From contig OX597814.1 of assembly GCA_951406725.2 (NCBI GenBank), positions 83,452,001-83,516,000 on the forward strand: 64,000 bases of DNA, read 5' to 3'. Every line of letters starts with the position of its first letter. The first letter of the stretch is position 1. This DNA comes from Octopus vulgaris (taxonomy: Eukaryota). The translations under genes were made by a program, and so were the position numbers. The notes under the pieces are model-generated. The model ran no database searches. It saw only the letters and a list, made by a program, of their open reading frames with translations, and was not told the DNA's origin. Of this stretch, positions 13,170 through 25,342 are shown one piece after another.

Positions 13170-14001
13170 TATACTATTGATAGTAATTGTCATTTAGTTA
13201 ATAGTTATACAGATTTGGTATGGTGTTGTTGCTGTTGTCTAACCCTAGTCTAACTCTGGTCAAGGTGACTAGATAATTTAGCATCACATTACCTAAAATC
13301 ATTTTTCCTGTTTTTAGATGATAGGATTTGATTTTAGGTAGGTTTAACTACTCTTTCCAGCAAATCAAGTGACCACATTGAGAGTTCAGTTCTGACCAAG
13401 TAGACTTATATAATAAAATACATTCCCAATGTAGCTATCTGGCCTCCTTCTATATCTGTATCGTGATTGTCCTAATATGTCTTGACTTGAGGGAAATTTG
13501 GCTGCTATTTCTAAACAGTTGAGTGACTGTGTAGGTGTTCCATCTTTAGCTTTGATAGTTGTGTTGGTGGCCATGAGGTAGTAGTGTAAGGGATCTTTCG
13601 ATTGTGTTTGTGTTGAGTAATCAGAGTTGTAGCAATAAGATAAGCCTGTCACACTCTTGGTCAGTGGCTTATAAGTTTATTACATTGTAGAAACTCTGGT
13701 TTAGCATAACCTAGGACAATGTTTACATAAGTGGGAATCAATCAGTGTTTGGTATTGCAATGAGCAGTATAGAAATGTGTGCATGGAACATGTGATATGC
13801 TATTCAACTAGTATGAATTAATCTGAAGATTTAGATTACTGCAGAGAGACGTCCAATATGGCTTAAATTAGTCTCTGGAATTTTCTATTACTAGGCTTTT
13901 ATTATGACAAATTAGGCATTCATCCCTGAATATGACTATAAATAGGAAATTGATATTGTTTAGTTTATTATTATCATTTTATATATATATGGTGAAATGA
14001 A

Positions 14002-14164
14002 TCTATTATACTACCATACTCTTGTGTTTTTCTCCGTCACAGCAGATGAATGAGAAAGGAAGGGGTGATGGCAAACTTAGTAGTGGGATGATTGGAAGTT
14101 CTACTGTGAAAAAAAATGTCAGAGTTTCAACTCTTCATGAGTATGCGTGTGTAAAAGGGCATCA

Positions 14165-14217
<53 letters not shown>

Positions 14218-14813
14218 GTGTGAGTGTGTGTGCAATGGAAGTGGGATGGTGAACATTTAATGTTGGAAAGAAAAATCAAACAGCTTTTCACCCGTGTGTG
14301 AGTATATGTGTGTATGTACAAGGGAAGTTTGTATCTGTTATTATTATCTACCTTATTTTGTACCTTACCTATTATAATAATACTTATCTTTTTCTCCATC
14401 ACAACATATGAATGAGAAAAGAAGGGGTGATGGCAAACTGGTAATGAGAGTGTTTCAACTCTATGTGAGTATATGTGTGAGTATGTAAAAGGGAAGTGTG
14501 TGAACCTTTGTATGTGTGTGTGTGTGTGTGTATGCAATGGAAGTGGGATGGTTAACATTTAATGCTGAAAAGGAAAATGAAACAGCGTTTCAATTTTGTG
14601 TGAGTATAGTGCATATGTGTGTGCATGTACAAGGGAAGCATGTGAATGTTTGTGTGAACCAGTGTTCTTTCAGTAACAAACGATGATCAATGTCACATTC
14701 CAAAAGACAACCACTAGATAACATGGACAAGTGTATTAATTTGATTTACCATTCATATTCATATATAAAATACTACAATTAGCCGTCATTTTTGATGGCA
14801 CGGGACCAGCTAG
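14002..14813 (+). mobile_element. Non-autonomous Helitron-like element with an internal duplication and (TG)n
   Basis: Begins A^TC (atctattatactac), ends with hairpin gccgtca/tgatggc then CTAG^T (14810-14813). Two internal ~250-280-bp related units (about 14045-14330 and 14408-14640). Confidence 0.6.
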
Positions 14814-15000
14814 TTTAAAATAATGTTCTTGTAGTGTTCATGTATATTGCTAATTGTGTTTATGGTTGTATGTGAAGGTTTTGGGAATTGCCTGAATTGT
14901 GATTGATTTGAGGTCAGTATCCTTCATTTATGTGGATGAGTTTTGAATTGATACTGCTATGATAGTGATAATGATCATGTTCTTTTTTCTTCTTCTCTAG

Positions 15001-15209
15001 GTAAATTATATATGTCCTGGCTTGCATTAGTTACCCTGGCTTTTTTATACAACTGCACCGTGATACCTCTGCGGGGTGTCTTCCCTTACCAAACAGAGGA
15101 CAACTTCTACTATTGGATGGCAATGGATTACCTGTGTGACTTTGTTTATTTAATTGACATCATTATTTTCAAGTCAAGAGTGCAATTTGTAAATGAAGGA
15201 TTATTAGAG
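15001..15209 (+). CDS. CNGB1: Internal exon (209 nt, phase 1 to 0) of a cyclic nucleotide-gated channel beta subunit (CNGB1/CNGB3/TAX-2-like), S1-S2 region
   Basis: Polypyrimidine tract plus AG at 14999-15000, donor GTGAGA at 15210. Translation (x)KLYMSWLALVTLAFLYNCTVIPLRGVFPYQTEDNFYYWMAMDYLCDFVYLIDIIIFKSRVQFVNEGLLE has the CNGB hallmarks W..LV..AF.YN...IPLR..FPYQT and DY.CD..Y..D. The symbol is nominal: probably a co-orthologue of CNGB1/CNGB3. Confidence 0.93.
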
Positions 15210-17105
15210 GTGAGATAATGATTTGTTATTTTCCAAAATTACATGAACAAGAAAGGAGAATGACAATAAAATACATTTTTATTAATAAAATTAAGATAAC
15301 ACTTTGCAGAGGAAACCACTCAGGATTTATTAGGTGTTGTTACTCAAAAGTCATGAAATAATAATTTTTTTTTTTTTTTGTCAATATTTATTGTTTTCCT
15401 GTCAGCACTTCAAGAACAGTGTTTCAAATTTATTGTTTAGCAACTATCAATCACGTTCATTTCAGAAAAAAGTTTGCTCAAAGAAGACTTAAGATTACAT
15501 GAGGTGCAAATAATAGAATGATTTGTGGTTGATGATGATTTTTTGTTTATCTACAAAGCTTTAGATAGAAAAATTGCAATGTTTATGTTTTTTTTCTAAA
15601 TCATCGGAAATATAAGAGAATGAGTTCCATGAAAAATTGATAAAACTGTTGCAAACACTGTTGCCTGCCAATGTATATAACTTCAACTGATATTTAATCT
15701 ACCCCTCAAAATAGCTATAACATGTGAGTGTTATCAGCTCAAGCCATGTGAAAAATCATTTATTGCCCTTTTGAACAAGCAATATTCCTCTGCTTTAATT
15801 CCTAAAATTGGGTATCACATCTGCATCATGGTTGGCTAATGTTTGAAGGAAGCAATAATTCACCTGTAAAAGTATTTTATTTATATATTTACATTTGCAG
15901 GGTCACTTTAAACACAGGCAGCATTTAAAAAATAGATACAAAATTATGAAGCGTATCAAAGCTTTGGAGTACTACTGTAAGAGGATTACATTAGAAGTAT
16001 TTTAAGATTTAATTGAAATCATCTCAAAATTGAGTAGATTAAAAAGGAAAAGTTACATTAAGAATTTTTTCTCAAGTATATTAAAATAAACCATCATTTA
16101 TTTTTAATGTTTTTGTATTTGGTGTAGCTTTTAATAATTGATAATACATTTTTATTTACATGTCTTGTGTAAAAAAATGTTGGACATTTGGTGGTCTAGT
16201 AGTTTTTTCCCTTTAGAAAATAACATTCTAATGTTTGTATTTATTCTACAGATCCTTCAAATATATACCCAAATGTTTTTTGGGTGTTTTTTTACTTGCT
16301 AATATAAAGAATAAGCATTAATGAAAGCCTGACATTCAGTAATGAGTGTGCTAACTCAATTCTTTGAGCTAACAACAAACTACATTCTGAAAGCACTGTA
16401 TATGCACAACTGGGGCCTCACCCAAATTGATTCTCAAGACACACACACACCCAGCTACCCATCTTCTCTCTAACTGCAGCTTTTTCTTGATATCTCTAGT
16501 GTTCCATTTGGCCCAGAACCATTTCACTTGTATACCAGCAAATATTTGAAAATACATTTACATCAGTGGCTTATACACCCATTACTAACATTGTCTTGTT
16601 TTGGGGTCAGTGTTTTTGAGGATAGGGGTTCTTTTTCTAAAACTTCAGAACTTCATCTTCCTTGGCACTTGTGAGAAGTGTTTGATAGTTTGATTTCCAC
16701 TGGTACTAAAATAACAAAATCTGAATATTTTTTAGACTAGTGTTAATCAGGTTACGGACAAAATGAAGTGATAAGAGCACCAATAATGACTAACAATTAC
16801 AACATTGATACTTTGTGCCTGTTGGTAGTGTTGCAAGACAAATAATCTGCTGCCTACAAAAAGATTGTCATTATTGCAGCCTTGGTTTAACTCTCTTCAA
16901 ACAGACCTATGATCAAAGTCATTCCAGCCTTTAATAAGACATAGTGTATCTTGTATCACATTATTTATTGTTTCCTTTCCTTGTTTTTTAAGTGGTTGAG
17001 GAAAATTTGATGGCTATTTCTCACAAATTGAGTGATCACATAGAAGCTCTATTATTGGTTCAGAAGTGTAGTTGTTGTTTGCATATATAAGTTGTTTAAT
17101 AAATT

Positions 17106-17297
17106 ATTGGTGTATTATGAGCGTTTTGTTTCAATGCTGTACTATACTGCAGAATATATCTATAAACTGTAACCAAAACTATGTAATAGACAGCTATAAA
17201 CACCTTGTCTTTTTATATAAAATATCTTTATGACTAAAACTTATTGATATATTCTATAGTATAATATAGCATTGAAACAAAAGATTAATGCACTAAT
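17106..17297. repeat. Palindromic MITE-like element
   Basis: ttttgtttcaatgctgtactatactgcagaatatatc is the imperfect inverse of gatatattctatagtataatatagcattgaaacaaaa. Confidence 0.7.
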
Positions 17298-18690
17298 GGT
17301 GCACTAATTGCACTTGCTGCCAAATCAGAAAGACCAGTCTGCATATATCATCTTTACATAAGCCTGTAGTAATAGTGAGTTTATAAGTAGTGTCTCTATA
17401 GATAGTTTAGAAGTGTACTTGGTCATTGAGGAAATCTCAATACAAGACTGAAGTTAGTTTGGCTTATCCTGCTTTTCCTGTCACCAAAATGTTTACATCT
17501 GTCTGTTACACAGTATTGGTTAAAATCCACATACACACACACATATACAGTAGTATATGATAGATATAATGTTGGTATGTGCTTAAGTTTTTGAAGCAAG
17601 TTTTTTTTTATATATTGTTATCACTGATGTTATGGAAAGAAAAATTTAAAAGGTTAATGGAAGGTGAGTCACTTGTGATGGTAGTTTTAAAGATGTGAAA
17701 AATGCTGCAATTGGTTACTCAAGAAAAATATACCATGTTTGATGCCATAGAAGATGCACTGGCATATTAAATGCACCACAATTCAGTGGAACATATTCAG
17801 AAAAAAACGCTTTTCATGCATTCAAGCTTGTAATATAGGCCCAACTTTGCATATAGAAACCTGAGTAATTTTCTTTAATTTTTTGCTTTTTAACTTTTTG
17901 TTTTTTGTGGTGGGGTGCAGAAAGTGAGATGGAAAATAGAATTAATAAAAATATCAATGGTGCATGTTGATTAAATAAAACTGTCATGAAGGTTTAGCAG
18001 TGATAATGCACTTGCATTTTTGCTGGGATAGTTGGGATATGCATAAATATATATGAAAGTGCATATTAGGAAAAAGAAATTGTTGTCTGTGTAAGAGCAA
18101 TGTCTTTGGGAAACTTATATATTGCACCTAAGGCTATATTAGAAATCAGTATAATCATAAGAACAATTTCTACATAGAAGCTTCTGCATTTATCTTTTAT
18201 TTCTAAAGTTTTTTTTTTTTTTTAATTTCCAGAAGTAGCTTGTAATTGTACTGTCATGGTGACTCAAAGACAAGGTTTTGAGGTTGATTTCCTGTTAATT
18301 TTTCCTTGTAAGCATGGAATCCAAGGTTTCCGAGGGGAAAGAACTGGAAGTTGTGGCTTCCATGCATTTTAAAGAAAGTTAACAATGTAAGTTAAGTGAA
18401 ATAGTTGCAGCTTGGAATTGAAACTAAGAGCTTACTTCCTTCTCTACTGCAAACATACATCTGTATGTTTGCCACATGAAATAAACATTATACATAGCTA
18501 CATTTTTGTTCTAGATTTTTATTTTGACATAGTACAATTTTAAGTACAAGTTTATAGTTGATTGATTCAACTCCTGTAATATGCAGATGCATATTTTTGC
18601 AACAGCCTTCTCTTAATAGCAGGTGTCATAGTCCAGTAAGTGTCCAGAAAGTTGACTCTATGATATAATTTTGAGTGCTAGTTCAAAATA

Positions 18691-19930
18691 TCATGTTGAG
18701 TAAAAAGTAAGCAATGTTTTAAACTATGAAGAATTTGTACCCTTTTGCAGAGTTTTGAATCACTTTAAAATTCTATTTTTGAAATTGTCTGATAATACAG
18801 ACATAGACTTGCCCAAATACATCAATAAATTAACATAGATATTTTTTCACCGTTGCTACTATCATCTGAAAGGGAACTGTCAAAGCACAATATTCAAGCA
18901 ATTTTGCTATTCAACTTCAAAAAAGGACGTAAAGCAGCTGAAACTGCTCGCAATATCAACGAAATTTTTGGTGAGGAAATGACCAGTGAGTGGTCAGCTC
19001 AAAAATGATTTAAACGATTTTGCAGTGGAGACCTGAACTGTGAAGATCATGAACATAGTGGATGTCCATCTGTCATTGATGAAGGTCAATTAAAGACCAT
19101 TATTGAGAAAGATCCACATAAAGCTACTCAAGAACTGGCAAAAGAACTTCAAGTTAGCCAGAAAACTGCCTTCAACCATTTGCATGCGAGTGGAAAATCA
19201 AAACAAGCTCAACAAATGGATACCACATGATTTGAATGAAAATCAAAAAATGCACAGATATAAAATTTGCTTGTAGCTTTGTCTCTGTAACTAGACTGAT
19301 CCATTTGTCAACTGTATTGTAACTTGCAATGAAAAGTGGATTCCATACAATAATAAAAAATGTTCTTCACAGTGGTTGGACAAAAATGAAGTTTCCCTAA
19401 ACCCAAGTTCTTCAAAAGGAAGGTTATGGTGATTGTTTGGTGGTGTACTGCTGGACTCATCCACTATAACTTAAAACTCAGAAAAACCATTACTGTAGAA
19501 ACATATCGCCATGAAATTGCCAAAATGGACAAAAAACTGCTACTCCTCCATCCTAGACTTGTCAACAGAAGAGGACCAATCATTCTTCATGACAATACTC
19601 AACTACTTTTCCAGAGTTTGAGGGAACTTGGCTACGAAGTTCTTCCCCACCCAGCTTATTCCCTAACCTTTCTCCTACTGACTACCACTTTCTCAAGCAC
19701 CTTGATGGTTTCCTGCGAGAGAAGGAGCTCAAAAATCAGACCGATGCTGGAAGTGCATTCAAAGAGTTTGTCAGCGCCAGTTTGTTTACTGGAATAAACA
19801 AACTTGTAACTCAGCAAAAATGTGATGATTGTAATAGTACTTACTTTGATGAGTAAAATTTCCGCATTGTTGAAATATATTGTGATAAATTTCATGTTTC
19901 AAAACGTTGCTTACTTTTTACTCAGCCTGA
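18691..19930 (+). mobile_element. Full-length (1240 bp) but inactivated mariner transposon
   Basis: 30-bp TIRs 27/30 identical, TA target duplications at 18689-90 and 19931-32. Transposase remnants AAETARNINEIFG, WIPHDL, IVTCNEKW, VWW, LHDN, LPHPAYS, PTDYHF, with stops and frameshifts. Confidence 0.93.
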
Positions 19931-21424
19931 TATCATATTTTACTTTATACAGAGAGAAAGAGAGAGTGTGTGTGTGAGAGAGAGAGAGAGAGAAAGAGAG
20001 AGAGTGCAAAGTCATGCTTTCTATGTTGTAAGATATTAATAGAACTCTTAACTTTTTCATCTTCAACCACCTATGCCAACCAGTATTTTCTAAAATCCAA
20101 ATACATCATTCAGTGATTTCTTCTCATGTCTGCATTCTATTAGTACTTGTCTTGAAATTAATTAGTTTATTAGATTATATTTAAAGTAGGCATAATAACT
20201 AAAGTATTCTTTACTTTTATAAACTACTATTAACACAATTTTAACGAGTTTAAAACCTTATTGTTGTAAGGATAAATGATAAAGAATTCAAACATAACAT
20301 AGAGATTGAAAGTAGCTTTAACAGCAGATAGTTTTGACATATTGATACCTTATCCCAATATAAATGTTTCTCAATTTATTATTATACAACATTTTGAATG
20401 AAAATAATCATTGCCAATATTAATTTAGTCAAGAAATTATCAATAATGAAGTAAGACAAAAATTAAAGATGATGAGTATAAACTCATTTAATTAATACTG
20501 TAGATGCATTATTTTGATTAAACTAGTACATTAATGTTTATAATATTTATATAACCATTTCCTTTGTGCTCCTTTCCTTTGTGTGTATGTAAATATATAT
20601 TTGATCAATAGCTATGAGTCCAACAAAATATACTTAATTTTGCCCAAAGGCTTCACCAGAGACTGAATAAAATGGTGTGGTTCAGTTGGTTAAATAGTAA
20701 ACCAGATAGAAGGATAGATATATAGGTAAAGAACTTATGAATACAGAAATGGCTCAGTATAATGGTTGGAGAGGTGGAGAATGCATAATTTCAAAGATGA
20801 TAGAAGAAGGGGAAGTATTTATAGGAACTAATGTTGATGGTGATGTATGAACAATGATTGAGAAGTGGAATACATGTCTGGTTATAAGGAAATATTACTT
20901 TTCTTGGAAACAGATGAGGTTTGGTGACAGGAAAAGCATCCAGCTGAAGAAAACTGGCTTGACAAAAATTGCATCCAACCCATTCATGCATGGAAAAGTG
21001 ATGCAAAAGCAATAAGAAATTGGTTAGTATCAGGAAGATAAGTGGAGTTTTGGTAAAGGAGGTGAGTTATTTGGTGCTAGTGGTTATGGAAGAAAATAGG
21101 TTGGAGTGGATGTGATGGAGGTGGTAGGGGTAAGGAGTGGAGGTAGATCAACTCTCGCAAAGGGGAAAGGTTGGGGAGATAAGTGCAATCAGAAACATAA
21201 GCACAGAACAATGTGTATGTGAGGGGTACATGTGCCTCTGTGTGTGCATATATAGCATTTTTTATGTTCAAACAACTTGAATCATGAGACAAACCCAGCT
21301 TCAGTTTCAATAACAAAGAACCATATCCTCTACTATATGTATTGAGCACTCCTCTTTCATTCATAAGCCAATATATGCAGCCAATGACGGCTTTGTTGGC
21401 TGAAACTTTGAAGTTACTGTCAAC

Positions 21425-21805
21425 AATGGCCGATTTCCTTTGAGGCGTTGGGGTTCACAGAGGCAAAATGGCTGATTTCATTTTGAATGTTGGGCCTCAC
21501 AGAGGCCAAGTGGTTGAGTTCCTTTCAAGTGTTGGGCCTCACAGAGGCAATGACTGAGACCTTTGGCATTATGTTGTGCTTGAGAAGAAGACCCATCAAG
21601 CTGAGCAAAATCACAGTCATAGCAGATAATGATGTCATGCAAATAGCACATAAAAACACCCATAACACTCTCAGAGTGATTGGCATCCATCCATCAATAG
21701 AAAACCATGCCAAATCAGAGTGGAGTCTGGTGCAGCCTTCCAGTTTACCAGCCCACTGTCCAACCCATGCCAGCATGGACAACGGATGTTAAATGATAAT
21801 GATGA
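21425..21805 (+). mobile_element. RTE 3' UTR fragment with a triplicated 42-bp 5' junction
   Basis: Matches 3660-3953; ends gataatgatgat. Confidence 0.75.
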
Positions 21806-21824
21806 TATATATATTATACATAAT

Positions 21825-22200
21825 GTGTGTGTGTAAGAAGCTTGCTTCCTAACCACATGGTTCCGGGTTCAGTCCTACTGTGTGACACCTTGGGGAAGTG
21901 TCTTCTACTATAGCCTCAGGTCAACCAAAGCCTTGTGAGTGGATTTGGGAGACAGAAACTGAAAGAAGCCCATCACGTTTATATATGTATGTATGTATTT
22001 GTGTGTCTGTGTTTGTCCCCTTCCCTACCATCGCTTGACAACTGATGTTGGTGTGTTTACATCCTTGCAACTTAGTGGTTCACAAAAGAGACCGATAGAA
22101 TAAGTACTAGTCTTACAAAGAATAAGTTCTAGGGTTGATTTGTTTCACTAAAGATGGTGCTCCAGTATAACCACATTCAAATGACTAACAAATAAAAGAA
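21825..22200 (+). mobile_element. tRNA-derived SINE
   Basis: Same family as 12745-13169 in opposite orientation. Confidence 0.82.
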
Positions 22201-22210
22201 TATATATAAC

Positions 22211-22855
22211 AATCTTTATATCCTACTCAATGTACATATATTGTTAGAATACTGAATATTGTGGCATTCATCCTGATTACACATATATTGTTAGCAGGCA
22301 AGAGTTTGTCTGGTATGAGCTTTTCATTATACTGCATTTCCTCAGTGACAGGTGCCTGCTCGCCACATACTAGCCAAATACTGTCAATGATATAGAGAAT
22401 AACAGTGACTTTTCAACTACTGATGTCACAAATAGCCAGAAGGCTTATATAAAATAAATATCAGCAACAGCATTAGTATTAATACTGAATGGCAATCTTT
22501 ATATCCTACTCTAACAATACATCCACTCTGAGTAGGATATGAAGATTGCCATTTTGTATTAATACTGCTTCCATCACTAATATTTTTTAGTAAGTTTCTT
22601 GGCTGTTTACAGCATCAATAGCTTTTCAGTTATTGTTATTCTGTTTACCATGACAGTGAGATTTGTCTGGTAAGCAGTGACCATGCACCTGTCACTGAGG
22701 AAGTGCAGTATGCTAAAATCACATGATCTGGATGTTCCCACACCCATATCAGACAATTTTCATCTGCATGAGAGGTTCTGTCAGGACAGATACTGGAGTA
22801 TTTAGCATTTTAACAGGATTGCTATTCAGTATTAATACTGCTTCCATTGCTAATA
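22211..22855. repeat. Foldback-like long imperfect palindrome with extra terminal copies
   Basis: Arms 22329-22511 and 22530-22711 are inverse complements; partial extra copies at 22211-22228 and about 22820-22853. Confidence 0.75.
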
Positions 22856-23028
22856 TGTGTGTGTAGCATAGCTATGTTGTTGCAAAGTATGCTACCCATC
22901 TACATGATCTCAGGGTCAGTCCTACTGCATCACTTGAGCAAGTAATGTTACTATCACCCAAGGCCTGCCAAGTCTTGTGAGTACATTTGATAGATAGAAA
23001 CTAAAAGAAGCCTGTTTGTGTGTGTGTA

Positions 23029-23080
<52 letters not shown>

Positions 23081-23751
23081 ATTAAGAGGAATGACCAGTA
23101 AAGTGGACACCCTATATGTGGGTTCATCCAGGATCCATCACTTTTATTTTTATTTGCATGTGTGTATGTGTACATATGTTTACACATATGAGTATTTGTA
23201 CACATCTATTTATAATTATTTATGTATGTTATGTATGTGTAAATTTGTGTGTGTGTATTTTTGCCTGTAAGGATTATATTTCTCCATATATGCATGAACA
23301 AGTATTTATGTATGTTTGTATGCATGTATATGTGAAAATGTATGGGGCACTTTTCTCATCTTCATAACCACTATCATCATCATCATTTAAAGACCATATT
23401 CCATACTGGCATATTTATTTCTATGTATTATCATGGTTTAATGTTCTTCCATACTAGCAAAGATTGGACAGTTTGATAGGAGCTAGAAAGTCAAAAGATT
23501 GCACCAAGCTCTACCTGCTTTGATATGGTTTCTATAGTTGGATGCCCTTCCTAATGCCAACTACTTTCTTTTTGTTGGCACCAGTATATCAAGACAAGAC
23601 CCCTCAACAAAGGGTGGGGCATAGGTTTGAGGGAGGTGGCATTGTGCCAGGTGATGAGAAATTAGAGTATGAATAGAGGGGCAGAAGTAGGTATGTTACA
23701 GTAAAGGAGATACTTGGCTACCTCAATAAGAGAGAGATAAAATAAAGATGT

Positions 23752-24301
23752 GAAAATCCCCAATTCTAATAAAGTCATTCTACTGAGAGATTTCAATGCC
23801 AGGGTTGGAACAGACTGGCAAACATGGAACCCTCTAGGACGTTTTGATATAGGGAAAATGAAGAGCAGTGGTCTCATGCTGCTCAAGCTTTGCAATGAAC
23901 ATGGACTTTACATCACAAGCACTCATTTTATGCACAAAGGTGATCACACAACAACATAGATGCATCACAGGTCTAAAGATTGGCACTTGCTGGATTATGA
24001 CATCATCTGCAAGTGTGACATCTATGACATTTGTAATGTCAAGTCCTTTTATGGATCAGAATGCTGAACAGACCACTGTCTGGTGCAAGCAAAGTTCCAG
24101 ATGATGATTAGAGTGAAAGAGAGAAGAGAGCCAGTTTGCATTCCTCGGTGTCTGAATGCCCACAAGATATATGATGCTGTGTTGAGGAAGGAGTGTCAGA
24201 CTCACTTGTCCAGCATTAAGAATACTACAGTATGGGATGATTTTCGAGACCAGGTTCTTCAATATGCTGCTGAAACACTGGGATATGCTACTGCCAGACA
24301 C
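23752..24301 (+). repeat. 550-bp duplicate of RTE segment 26734-27283
   Basis: Offset 2982 bp; identical translated ORFs in the track (23868..24104 and 26850..27086); five differences found by eye. Confidence 0.93.
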
Positions 24302-24650
24302 TCAAATTACAGGAAGGTGTATTTTATAAATGGAACAGGGATTGGATAGGGTGAGTGGGTGGGTAGGTTTGTGAGATTCAAAAAGAGAGCGGAAGATGGA
24401 GAGGGAAATATAGTGAGTAGACACAGGTAGCGGGAGGAGTATAAGAAGGGCATGTTCTGGAGAAGAGATTCAACAGGGATATATTGCAGGTTTTTGAGGG
24501 TGTGAGGGATAATTCAGAGGTGTATTTGTGTGTGTGTTTATATATGTGCATGGGTGTATATGTGTGCATGTTACATGAGTGTGTACATGTATCTAGATAT
24601 ATATATTTATATTTTATATCTATGCATGTAAGTGCACATGCATGCATATT

Positions 24651-24689
<39 letters not shown>

Positions 24690-24724
24690 TAGATGTGTGT
24701 GTGTATGCATGCATGTATGCATGT

Positions 24725-25110
24725 GCACCAGGAAGACATGGGACAAAGTATTGAGAAAGGATCTTCAGATGCTAGCCCCCACTGAGGAAATGACAAGGAA
24801 CTGGGAGTCATGGCAATTTGCTGTACTTGAGAAGACATATCACGCCAAGTAAAATCAGTCATCCATACACACAGACTTGTCCTTTACAGGTGCTGGTTCC
24901 ACGCAAAATGTACCTATGCCAGTGCTGTGTAAACACACCTAGTACACTGTAATGTGGTTGGTATTAGGAAGGGCTTCCAGCTGCAGAAACCATGTTACAA
25001 ACAGACAATTTGGTGTCTGAACAGTTCCCCGGTTGGCCAGCTCCTGTCAAATCATCCAACCCATTCGAGCATGGAAAACAGATGTTAAACGGTGAAGATG
25101 ATGATGATAT
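24725..25110 (+). mobile_element. RTE 3' end fragment
   Basis: RKTWDKVLRKDL C-terminal remnant followed by the shared 3' UTR and GAT tail. Confidence 0.7.
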
Positions 25111-25342
25111 ATGTATGTATATATATATATAAATATATACATACATACACTTATAATGGCAGTGCTCAGGCATGGCCAAAGCCCACAGACAAGTAGATAT
25201 CTTAATTTTTTCAATCTTATTTTATTTCTTTTTCCTGATGTGTGTGTGTGTGTGTGTGTGTGTGTATAGATAGATAGATAGATAGATAGATAAATAGATA
25301 AGTATATATATTTCTATGTGTATGTATGTATATTGTGTGTCA

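Noticed and set aside
15210-15218. ORF-track extension of the CNG ORF (..VR stop) and ATG start at 15012
   Set aside because: The ORF is an internal exon bounded by AG at 15000 and GT at 15210; it is not a stand-alone 68-aa protein.
18691-19930. Active or domesticated mariner transposase
   Set aside because: Multiple in-frame stops and frameshifts; the first catalytic Asp appears mutated (TCNEKW).
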